The notes under the pieces are model-generated. The model was not told the DNA's origin. It saw only the letters and a program-made list of their open reading frames with translations, and made no database searches. The position numbers and the translations under genes were made by a program. DNA of 64,000 bases from Mycoavidus cysteinexigens. Its GTDB lineage: Bacteria; Pseudomonadota; Gammaproteobacteria; Burkholderiales; Burkholderiaceae. Below are positions 29,574 through 37,567 of the stretch, one piece after another. The first letter of the stretch is position 1. Each line of letters starts with the position of its first letter. The stretch spans positions 78,772 to 142,771 of the forward strand of contig JASSUH010000002.1 of assembly GCA_031963445.1 (NCBI GenBank), given 5' to 3'.

Positions 29574-30716
29574 ATGAATAATATAAGAAAAATTCAGTAT
29601 TTTATCGAAGAGTTAAAGAGCAGAGACAAATATGTCAGACGTACAGCCGTACAAGCATTAGGCAAGCAAAAAACATTGCTCTCAAAGGCAATGGCATCTT
29701 TGACTTTTTCAATGCAAAAAGATGATTGTGAGTATGTTCGCGCTGAAGCAGCTTGGATATTAAGCAGACAAGAAACCGTACCTCTTGAAACGGTACTGGC
29801 CTTGGTCGCTTTGGTTAAAGATAAAAGCTCGTATATCAGGGATGTGGGAGCAACAATATTAAGCATAAAAAAAATGCTGCCAGATGAAGCCATTGCGGCG
29901 TTGATCTTTGCGATGGAGCATGAATATGAAGAGGTACGTTGGAGTGCTACCAGAGGATTAAGCGGGCAAAGAATGCTGCCCTATAAAGCGATCTTGGCTT
30001 TGATTTTTTCAATAACGAAAGAGGATGAGGATAGAGATGTCAGGATCGGAGCAGTCAAAGCATTGGCAAACCAAAAAGTTTTGCCTCCCCAGGCAATCTC
30101 AGTCTTGTTTTCTTTACTGATGAATAAAAAAGAAAAAGCAAAAGTTAGAGAAGAAATTGCTAAAGCATTACAAAACCAAAAAACACTGCCAGTCGAAATG
30201 ATTGAAACTTTAGTCTTGCTCATGATGAAAGAAGATGAAATCGCGATTATTCGTGAAACTGCTTATCAAATACTGGTTAGACAAAAAAAGCTTCCCCTCG
30301 AGATAGTTTTAAATTTGAACGATATCATGATGAAAAATGAGGGTAAGTATATTAGGATAATGATTGCTTCAATATTAAGTAGGCAAAAAATGTTGCCCAC
30401 AAAAATAATTCAAGACTTTATCCCTATAATATTAAATAAAGATGAAAATATATTTATTAGGCATGAAATTACTAACGCATTAAAGCATCAAAAAATGCTG
30501 CCTCCTGATACGATTTTAGCCTTATGTTCTGCAATTGAGGATAAGGAAGCAGAAAAAAATGTCAAATGGGATGCCATCCTTATATTAGGTGGACAGAGAA
30601 CGCTGCCTTACAATGTGATCTCCATTTTGGATATTGCAACGAAAAATAAAGATGGACACATTAGCAGAGCTGCCACTGAGGCATTAGCGGGAAGAGGCAG
30701 CGCTAGTGACGTGTAG
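29574..30716 (+). CDS. HEAT-repeat (PBS-lyase-type) protein
   Basis: About ten units of the type VR..A..AL..QK.LP.E.I..L...... Confidence 0.8.
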   Translation: MNNIRKIQYFIEELKSRDKYVRRTAVQALGKQKTLLSKAMASLTFSMQKDDCEYVRAEAAWILSRQETVPLETVLALVALVKDKSSYIRDVGATILSIKKMLPDEAIAALIFAMEHEYEEVRWSATRGLSGQRMLPYKAILALIFSITKEDEDRDVRIGAVKALANQKVLPPQAISVLFSLLMNKKEKAKVREEIAKALQNQKTLPVEMIETLVLLMMKEDEIAIIRETAYQILVRQKKLPLEIVLNLNDIMMKNEGKYIRIMIASILSRQKMLPTKIIQDFIPIILNKDENIFIRHEITNALKHQKMLPPDTILALCSAIEDKEAEKNVKWDAILILGGQRTLPYNVISILDIATKNKDGHISRAATEALAGRGSASDV

Positions 30717-30802
30717 TATTGATTACGCCATACATTCAAGGGTCTGAAATGACCTCTTCTCATAGCAATATATTCAACATTCCTCCAAACAATAAAAATA
30801 TC

Positions 30803-30877
30803 AGGGCGTTCCCCCGGCAAAGCCGGGGTCGGGCTTTCGCGCTACGCGTCGAGCCGGTCTACGCCAGTCTCGCCCCT
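30803..30877 (+). repeat. Composite structured element, copy 3, left part (interrupted by the group II intron)
   Basis: AGGGCGTTCCCCC...GCCAGTCTCGCCCCT is colinear with copy 4 up to the intron junction. Confidence 0.8.
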
Positions 30878-33315
30878 GTCGGGTAGCAGCAACCCATTAC
30901 TGAGTCACCGCCCCCAAAGAACGTAACGTGCAACTTTCGCTGCATTACGCTCAGGTATAACAAAAGTCTCGTTCTGAGACCGGCTTCATGATTTTCAAAT
31001 CAAGGCTGTGGACTTGGGCATGGCAGGTGGGATGGAGCAATACTCGATTGCTAAGAGCATCGGTGCCACCATTCATACGGTATTCAATATGATGATCATG
31101 CCAGCCGGTGTCGATATCCATCTCGAACGCACAGAGCGCACACAGGCCTTTTTGAGCTACGTATAGCTTGGCCCACTGGTATCGATAGCCATTATTTTTC
31201 AACAGGCGCTCCTGCCGGATGGTCTCACCATACATTTCCCATTCAGGATCATACGGATGGTATGTGTTCCTGACTTTCTTGTGTCGCTTGATGGGCGTAC
31301 TAGAAAGAGAGTACAGCTCTATGAGTCTCTGACTGCTTTTCTCTCGTTCCATTTCTGCTGCAAACACCCAATGCCGATTACCGACTTCATGCCAATATTT
31401 CTGGCGTATCCATCGACGATTTTTGTTTGGGTGTCTGCGACATGCCCAGCGCCAGAGCAGTCCAAACAAAAGCGATGCTATACGGGAGAATGATTGCTTG
31501 GCACTGGCTGGACGATGGTATTGAGCCCAACCCCGCAGTATAGGATTTAGCAATCGGATTAAATTTGATTGCTTAGCCCCTAAATTGTCGTTGATGACGT
31601 TCCTGATCTTTTCATAGAATGCTTGTGCATTTTTCTTACTTGGCTTGATGAGCAGTTTTTCCGAGTATTTACGGAAATGCCACCCAAGGAAATCGAATCC
31701 TTCATAGATAGATACGATACGTGTTTTGCTTGGAGAGAGTCGCAATCCTCGCTGAGCAAGAAAAGCTTCAATCCACGGTTTGATCTCAGTTTCCAGCACT
31801 TCTTTTGAGTTGCAGGTCACCACAAAATCGTCGCAATAACGTACTACACCCACTTTCTGTTTCCGAGTTTGGCCTACACCCCATTTTCCTTTTAAATGAG
31901 CAATGAGCTGTACTTCCAAACCATTCAACGTCCAATTGGCTGCCGCTGGTGAAATGATTCCTCCTTGCGGGACCCCCGCGGTGGTCTTTTGCCATTGCCC
32001 TCGATCAATGACCCCAGATGCCAGCCACTTGCGTAGCATCGATTTGTCCATGCAGACATTGTCTAGCATCCAGTCTCTTGAAATTTGATCAAAGAAGCCT
32101 TCAATGTCCGCATCTAGCACCCATTTAGCTGAGTTCTTTTTAGCCATTAGGATGAAGATTTGTTCCATCGCATCAGCGGTACAGCGGTTTTTCCTAAATC
32201 CATATGAATTTGGATCACTCACTGATTCCAAAACCGGGTCTAGAGCTAGCAGATAGAGTGCCTGCATAGCCCTGTCGCTCATGGTGAGTATGCCCAATGG
32301 GCGTTCTTTCCCATTTGACTTTGGGATGTAAACCCTTCGTACAGGTGAGGGTTTATACCGCTGCTTCTTTAATTGGGTAATAGCAGTGAACTTTTTCTGT
32401 GATGTATCCCACAGTTCATTGTCCACACCAGCCGTTTTTTTACCTTGATTTTCAGTCACTCGTTTAACTGCTAATGCTTTCGCACTAAACGAGCGAGTTA
32501 GCATCCGTTGTAGCGCTTTCACGCGACGCCATTTGCCACTCTGTGATGCCTTCGTTAAGCGACGCTGTACCACTCTCACATTCGTTTGTACTCGCTTCCA
32601 GTCAATGGAAGTCCAGTCTGTAGGAGTGTGCGAGGACGCAGAACCGATTGAAAGACTGTCGGTTACTCTCATGCTTTTCCTCGAATAATCGAAACCAACC
32701 GATTACGTAAGTGGCCTCAGTGGCTTACGACTGTTATACCCCGCAGAAGTGGGCACTCTTTCGAGCTGGGACAAAGTTTGAATCCCTATCCAGCGCATTA
32801 CACGCCAACCTTCGCTTTTTCTGCGATCCTCTGCCCGCTCCACCAACAGCGTCCCTTGCGGGTTACCTGCCACCTCTGATGATCAGAGGAGTGGCGGTGA
32901 ATCGGGTTTACCGCGTTCCACGTCAATGACACGAGTAGGGTAGGTTCTGCCTATTTGCCGATGGTCTTGTGGGTCCGTGTATTCCTAGTCCGAAAAGAAA
33001 TAACCGATCATGTGCCTTTTGGCTCAAGCCTGTCAGCGCTTTTGGCTTGTTGATTGTGACGACATTTATTAGCAGTTCACTTATATTAACCTTATTACCC
33101 AGCCTAGCACCTCATCCGCCTTTGCGCTGGCAGATAGCACCTCCCACTCACGAGGGATGTGCCGCTCTTATGAGCAGGTTACATTGTCACGGCGGCTCCA
33201 CACAGGGCCGTTACCAACCCTGCATGCGCCGATAGGCTACGACTGACGGAACAGTCGGTTTCTCTATCTGCCGTTAGGCAGATGAAACAATCATTGACGC
33301 AACTTCGCGTCGCAC
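30878..33315 (-). mobile_element. Intact group II intron (about 2.44 kb)
   Basis: The minus strand begins GUGCGACGCG at 33315. Domain V GAGCGUAAUGCAGCGAAAGUUGCACGUUACGUUC lies at 30919-30952. The domain VI stem ends ...CUACCCGAC at 30878. Joining the flanks recreates the uninterrupted sequence of copy 4. Confidence 0.9.
30951..32672 (-). CDS. Group II intron-encoded protein (RT - maturase - HNH endonuclease)
   Basis: RT motifs including YCDDFVV, a maturase X region, and C-terminal CALC...HHIEY...GG.D...N..LLHP.CH..VH (HNH). Confidence 0.95.
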   Translation of the reverse strand: MRVTDSLSIGSASSHTPTDWTSIDWKRVQTNVRVVQRRLTKASQSGKWRRVKALQRMLTRSFSAKALAVKRVTENQGKKTAGVDNELWDTSQKKFTAITQLKKQRYKPSPVRRVYIPKSNGKERPLGILTMSDRAMQALYLLALDPVLESVSDPNSYGFRKNRCTADAMEQIFILMAKKNSAKWVLDADIEGFFDQISRDWMLDNVCMDKSMLRKWLASGVIDRGQWQKTTAGVPQGGIISPAAANWTLNGLEVQLIAHLKGKWGVGQTRKQKVGVVRYCDDFVVTCNSKEVLETEIKPWIEAFLAQRGLRLSPSKTRIVSIYEGFDFLGWHFRKYSEKLLIKPSKKNAQAFYEKIRNVINDNLGAKQSNLIRLLNPILRGWAQYHRPASAKQSFSRIASLLFGLLWRWACRRHPNKNRRWIRQKYWHEVGNRHWVFAAEMEREKSSQRLIELYSLSSTPIKRHKKVRNTYHPYDPEWEMYGETIRQERLLKNNGYRYQWAKLYVAQKGLCALCAFEMDIDTGWHDHHIEYRMNGGTDALSNRVLLHPTCHAQVHSLDLKIMKPVSERDFCYT

Positions 33316-33728
33316 TCGGGCTTCAATCCCTAGCGCACGCGCCTTTGGTGCTTCAAAAACCTAATTAGCCTACGGCCCTGTCGGGCCTTCGTATGGGTGC
33401 TCGCCGCACAGCTTTTTGCGCCGGTGAATTATTTTTCATTTCCCGTCCTTCCTGAGTTCGTCACTTTACCTGAGACATTAGCCCGCCCCTTGGGACACTG
33501 CAAGGGCCGCCTTCGGCTGAAATGCAATCCCGTTCAGTGCTCGCCTACGGCTGTGCTCCGCGTGCGGCAAGGCATTTCTCCCTTGCAGTGTCCCAAGGGG
33601 TGGGCTAACGAAAACGCACAGCGACGAACTCAGGAAGGACGGGAAATGAAAAACAAATGCCAATTCCACCTCAACAAAAAAATCTTAGCTCAGCTCCGAA
33701 TCTTGGAATCCGGGAAGTTTTTAAAAAC
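33316..33728 (+). promoter_or_regulatory. Composite structured element, copy 3, right part (rest of module A + hairpin 33432-33653 + tail)
   Basis: TTTTTCATTTCCCGTCCTTCCTGAGTTCGTC pairs with GACGAACTCAGGAAGGACGGGAAATGAAAAA. The inner stem is CCCCTTGGGACACTGCAAGGG / CCCTTGCAGTGTCCCAAGGGG. The conserved tail is present. Confidence 0.8.
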
Positions 33729-33936
33729 TAAAACTATATTTTTTATTTTTTAAATAAAGGCTTTATGTATGAATAAAGAAAATGTTGAAAATAATAATTT
33801 ATAAAATACAGCAAAAGGAGGTCAGGTGAAAATATAAATTTTACTCTATATAGTTTATATAAAATTTAATTTCCGTTATGAAGAAAATATTAAAGCATCA
33901 GAATTTATGCTTGCGCTCAAGATAGGAGAAGATGAA

Positions 33937-34305
33937 ATGACTCAACGCATCTTAAAAACCTCAATAAATGAATGTGCTGTAAACGTCTTAATGGGTTGGG
34001 ACAGAGCCTTGCAGTATTATTTTATGGTAATTAATTACGTTGATAGCGATGATGAGCCGCTATACAGTAATCTTGATGATGACGACGCCGGTATAAATAT
34101 AAAAAATGAACTACCCTATTTTTTAAAAAAAGCTCGTTCATTTAATATCAAGATACCAGAAGCAATGATTGCCAGGTTACAAGCGGATAAGACATTGAAC
34201 CTTGGTAATGAAAAATCATTTTTTAATGAAGATTGCACAGAACCTACAATTAAATCCATGCTTAAAAAAATATTAAAAATATTTTTGAGGCCGATAGGTA
34301 TTTAA
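33937..34305 (+). CDS. Hypothetical protein; paralog of 8372..8806
   Basis: Starts MTQRILKTSIN after an AGGAG. See 8372..8806. Confidence 0.6.
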   Translation: MTQRILKTSINECAVNVLMGWDRALQYYFMVINYVDSDDEPLYSNLDDDDAGINIKNELPYFLKKARSFNIKIPEAMIARLQADKTLNLGNEKSFFNEDCTEPTIKSMLKKILKIFLRPIGI

Positions 34306-34437
34306 TTAAATATTTAATATGTTTTAGAAATATTTGTAATTGAGTTAAAACTGCTTAATTTTAATGGTGAGTTTTCTTCGTTAGAGGAGACATCTTAGGC
34401 AGGTTTTTTTAATCTAAATTTTTGGAAAGCACTTAAC

Positions 34438-35220
34438 ATGAACCATTACGAAGAAAAACAAGCAGCTCGTAAAGCGCGACTTGAAGAATTGGCAATAAAA
34501 GCTGAAGAGCAAGCAGATAGCCTTAATAACCGAGCGAAAGAAATGGCTAGCGTAATCCCATTTGGTCAGCCCATTATCATCGGCCATCATTCAGAAGGTA
34601 CTGATCGCCGGTATCGCGCACGCATACATAATATGTTTCATAAGGCTTATGCGTTGCGTGAGAAAGCTGAAACCTATCAGGACAAAGCCTTGTCCGTTGG
34701 CAACGGGGGCATCTCATCCGATGACCCAGAGGCCATTATCAAGCTGCGTGAAAAGCTAACCAAACTTGAATCGATACAAGAAAAAATGAAGGAGGCGAAT
34801 AAGTTAGTGCGGCGTAAGGATCGCACAGGTTTAACGCAATTGGGATTTTCAGAAGAGTCTATTGATAAGTTGTTAATGCCAGACTTCTGTGGTCGTTTGG
34901 GTTTCCCTAAGTTTGAGCTACAAAACAACAACGCGAATATTCGACATATCAAATTGCGCATTCGGGCATTAGAAGAGCTAAGACAGCGTTCTGATAAGGA
35001 ATTGCAAGGTGATGGTTATATCTATAAAGAGGACGTGGAAGATAACCGCATTTTGTTTATTTTCCCTGGTAAGCCGGACGAGGCGACCCTTAGTATGTTG
35101 AAGCACCACTCTTTTAAGTGGAGTCAGAAACGTAAAGCCTGGGTACGGCAGCTAAATAACCGTGGCTTGTGGGTAGCTGAGCAAGTGAGAAAAATATTAG
35201 ATAACGCATCTCGTGATTGA
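34438..35220 (+). CDS. DUF3560-family protein (typical plasmid/ICE leading-region gene)
   Basis: The pattern ...RA.RL...A.KAE..A........A..IPFGQPI..GHHSE...RR......N...KA..L..KA..Y..KA......ISSDDP.AI.KLR.KL..LE..QE.MK..N matches my memory of DUF3560. Confidence 0.7.
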   Translation: MNHYEEKQAARKARLEELAIKAEEQADSLNNRAKEMASVIPFGQPIIIGHHSEGTDRRYRARIHNMFHKAYALREKAETYQDKALSVGNGGISSDDPEAIIKLREKLTKLESIQEKMKEANKLVRRKDRTGLTQLGFSEESIDKLLMPDFCGRLGFPKFELQNNNANIRHIKLRIRALEELRQRSDKELQGDGYIYKEDVEDNRILFIFPGKPDEATLSMLKHHSFKWSQKRKAWVRQLNNRGLWVAEQVRKILDNASRD

Positions 35221-35384
35221 TTTTTACAACAAGAAAAATACGAGAGCATGCAACTCACTTTAAAACGAAACGGCCTATCTCTTTCTGCTCTGTCAGTACT
35301 GCCTCTGCGGGGCTAACAGAGCAGAGTAGCTTAAATTTCATTTATATCTTTTTATCTCTCTCATTAATAAAAATCCTAAGTATT

Positions 35385-35882
35385 AGGGCGTTCCCCCTTC
35401 GGGGTCAGGCTTTCGCGCTGCGCGTCGAGCCTGACTACGCCAGTCTCGCCCCTTCGGGCTTCAATCCTTAACGCACGCGCCTTTGGCGCTTCAAAAACAT
35501 TAATCAGCCTACGGCCCTGTAGGGCCTCCGGATAGGCGCTTGCCGCGCGGCTGTTTGTATCGGTGGGTTGTAGTTTTTCATTTTCCGTCTTCCGTCTTCC
35601 TGAGTTCGTCACTTTATGTGCAAAGTTAGCGCACCCCTTTGGACACTACAAGGGCCGCCTTCGGCTGAAATTCAATCCCGTTCGGTGCGCGCCTACGGCT
35701 GTGCTCCGCGTGCGGCAATGAATTTCTCCCTTGCAGTGTCCAAAGGGGTGCGCTAACAAAAACGCACAGCGACGAACTCAGGAAGACGGAAAACGAAAAA
35801 TGAAAAACAAATGCCAATTCCACCTCAACAAAAAAATCTTTGATCAGCTCGAAATCTTGGAATCCGGAAATTTTTTAAAAAC
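35385..35882 (+). promoter_or_regulatory. Composite structured element, copy 4 (uninterrupted; hairpin 35575-35807; tail ends 22 nt before the next ATG)
   Basis: Near-identical to copy 3 over module A, the hairpin and the tail. Confidence 0.8.
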
Positions 35883-35903
35883 TTTTTATAGGATGATTGG
35901 AAA

Positions 35904-36815
35904 ATGCTAGAAAATATGGAAATAGATGATAATTTTATTGGGTTAATTTCTTGCGATGAGATAAAAGAAATTTTAGATAAAAAAGACGAAGCATTAGAGA
36001 TTGCGGAAAAAGGCATGCATCTAATTGAATTATCAAATAAGATTTCTAATAAAATTAATACTGAAAATTATACTAATGGTATAAATGAAGATTTTGATTG
36101 TATTGGCTCTTTTAATCGCCTTAAATCTCTAGACAAGCAAAGCATGATGTGTGCATTAGAAAAAGATTGGAGCAAAAAGATATGGCAATTTTTAGCAGAA
36201 AAGTCTGGAATATATGATTATATGGATTCTAAGACATTCGGTGGATGGAGTAACAGGGTAAGTAACAATGATTTTCCTGATATTAATATTAAAAATATAA
36301 AAGAAATATTCAAAGAATATTTCTCTAGGTTAGAAATAATGATTGATGAGAATGTAATAAATTTGTTGCATTCTTTTAATTTTAAAAATCACCTCCCAGA
36401 AAAAATAATTATTAAAGATTTAATATATGATGATCCTTTTGAGCATAATTATAACGACGAAAAAGTAGATGACGAAGATGAATATTTTTATGTTGTAGGT
36501 GTGTCAAAAATAAATAAATTGTTAAATGTATGCTATATGTTGGATAATAAATTTAAAGAAAAATGTGATATAAAAAATAATTTGATCGAAACGTTAAAGT
36601 CCGGTGAGAATGAATGGAAATGTGAGTATATTACTGTTTCTTGGAAGCAAAGAGTAGGTTTTTTAAATATCACTGATAAATTAGTTTTTAAAAAAATAAC
36701 TGATATTATAAAAAAGAAAATTTCTGAAAAATTTGATGAGAATGAATATGATAAGATATTAGCGTTTGATGAGGAAGAGTATGGATATGATGGATATGAA
36801 AATGAAGTGCCATAA
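35904..36815 (+). CDS. Hypothetical leading-region protein; paralog of 28742..29551
   Basis: See 28742..29551. Very AT-rich, with an acidic C-terminus. Confidence 0.55.
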   Translation: MLENMEIDDNFIGLISCDEIKEILDKKDEALEIAEKGMHLIELSNKISNKINTENYTNGINEDFDCIGSFNRLKSLDKQSMMCALEKDWSKKIWQFLAEKSGIYDYMDSKTFGGWSNRVSNNDFPDINIKNIKEIFKEYFSRLEIMIDENVINLLHSFNFKNHLPEKIIIKDLIYDDPFEHNYNDEKVDDEDEYFYVVGVSKINKLLNVCYMLDNKFKEKCDIKNNLIETLKSGENEWKCEYITVSWKQRVGFLNITDKLVFKKITDIIKKKISEKFDENEYDKILAFDEEEYGYDGYENEVP

Positions 36816-36985
36816 ATAATTAAATATATAAAAATTTACTGCTTGTAAATAAAAAATTTAGGCTAGTTATTATGCTAGTCTAAATTTGGTTTTCTAATTA
36901 CAAATATCTTTATCCACTTATGCCGAGAAATAATGTATAAACAAATTTTCTGTATATACGGGGCTGGCCCCGCACCCCTAAAAAT

Positions 36986-37082
36986 CGCTCACACACCACG
37001 CAACTAACGTTGCAGGCGTGAAACCCTCTATTGATAAGGGTTATAGCTGTCAGACACATAAATAACTCGTGTCAGACACATA
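36986..37082 (-). promoter_or_regulatory. Candidate oriT (TrwC/R388-type hairpin plus nic core on the minus strand, and accessory-protein repeats)
   Basis: The minus strand reads GCAAC-GTTA-GTTGC GTGGTGTGT|GAGCG (37013 to 36986). R388, from memory, reads GCACC-GAAA-GGTGC GTATTGTCT|ATAGC. Two direct TGTCAGACACATA repeats lie at 37049-37061 and 37070-37082. The IR AAACCCT...AGGGTT lies at 37021-37042. Confidence 0.55.
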
Positions 37083-37122
37083 TACATGATGAAATCGCTC
37101 AACCCCTGATGAGATATAGAAG

Positions 37123-37548
37123 ATGCCGAAGATAAAACGGATTAGAAAAAAGGATGATAATCGAGTGACGTTTCGGCTTGATGAAGATACACGGCAATTT
37201 TATAAAGCGGAGGCAGAGTCTCGTAATATCGATTTATCTGAATACATCCGTCAATCTGTGATGCGTGGCTTGATTAGTGATAATGCTGAAAAAATTCAAG
37301 AAAACTTTATATATATAACTTCTAAGTTTCTAGAAGAATTTATAGATACAGCTTCTAAGGTTCAAGAAAACGGGAAGAATGTACAAGCCGCTATTCCTGA
37401 TGAGGTAATACGATCTATTTTTACTATTGAAGAAATACTTAAAAAATTAGTATTAAGTGAGAATATACAAGCCTACTATAAAGTAAAAGATAATGCGCAA
37501 GCTAGGTTGGAAGAACTTAAAAGTGAATCAAATAGCGTGATTGAGTGA
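37123..37548 (+). CDS. Ribbon-helix-helix relaxosome accessory protein (TrwA/TraY/MobC-like)
   Basis: The N-terminal basic arm is followed by RVTFRLDEDTRQFYKAEAESRNIDLSEYIRQSV (RHH pattern). The gene lies immediately beside the oriT candidate. Confidence 0.6.
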   Translation: MPKIKRIRKKDDNRVTFRLDEDTRQFYKAEAESRNIDLSEYIRQSVMRGLISDNAEKIQENFIYITSKFLEEFIDTASKVQENGKNVQAAIPDEVIRSIFTIEEILKKLVLSENIQAYYKVKDNAQARLEELKSESNSVIE

Positions 37549-37567
37549 GCGGAAATTTTTAGAGCGG

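Noticed and set aside
30951-32672. Reverse transcriptase as part of a retron or DGR
   Set aside because: It is flanked by canonical group II ribozyme features (GUGCG 5' end, domains V and VI). It has maturase and HNH domains and a precise insertion junction. No msr/msd-like or template/variable repeat pair was seen.
33397-33753. ORFs 33397..33753 (+), 33478..33669 (-) and 35626..35823 (-) with similar 'proteins'
   Set aside because: They are mirror-image translations of the two arms of the long palindromic hairpins. The similarity reflects the DNA repeat, not a gene family.
35217-35612. ORFs 35217..35471 (+) and 35376..35612 (-)
   Set aside because: They overlap module A of copy 4. They have no Shine-Dalgarno sequence and are not conserved as ORFs in the other copies.
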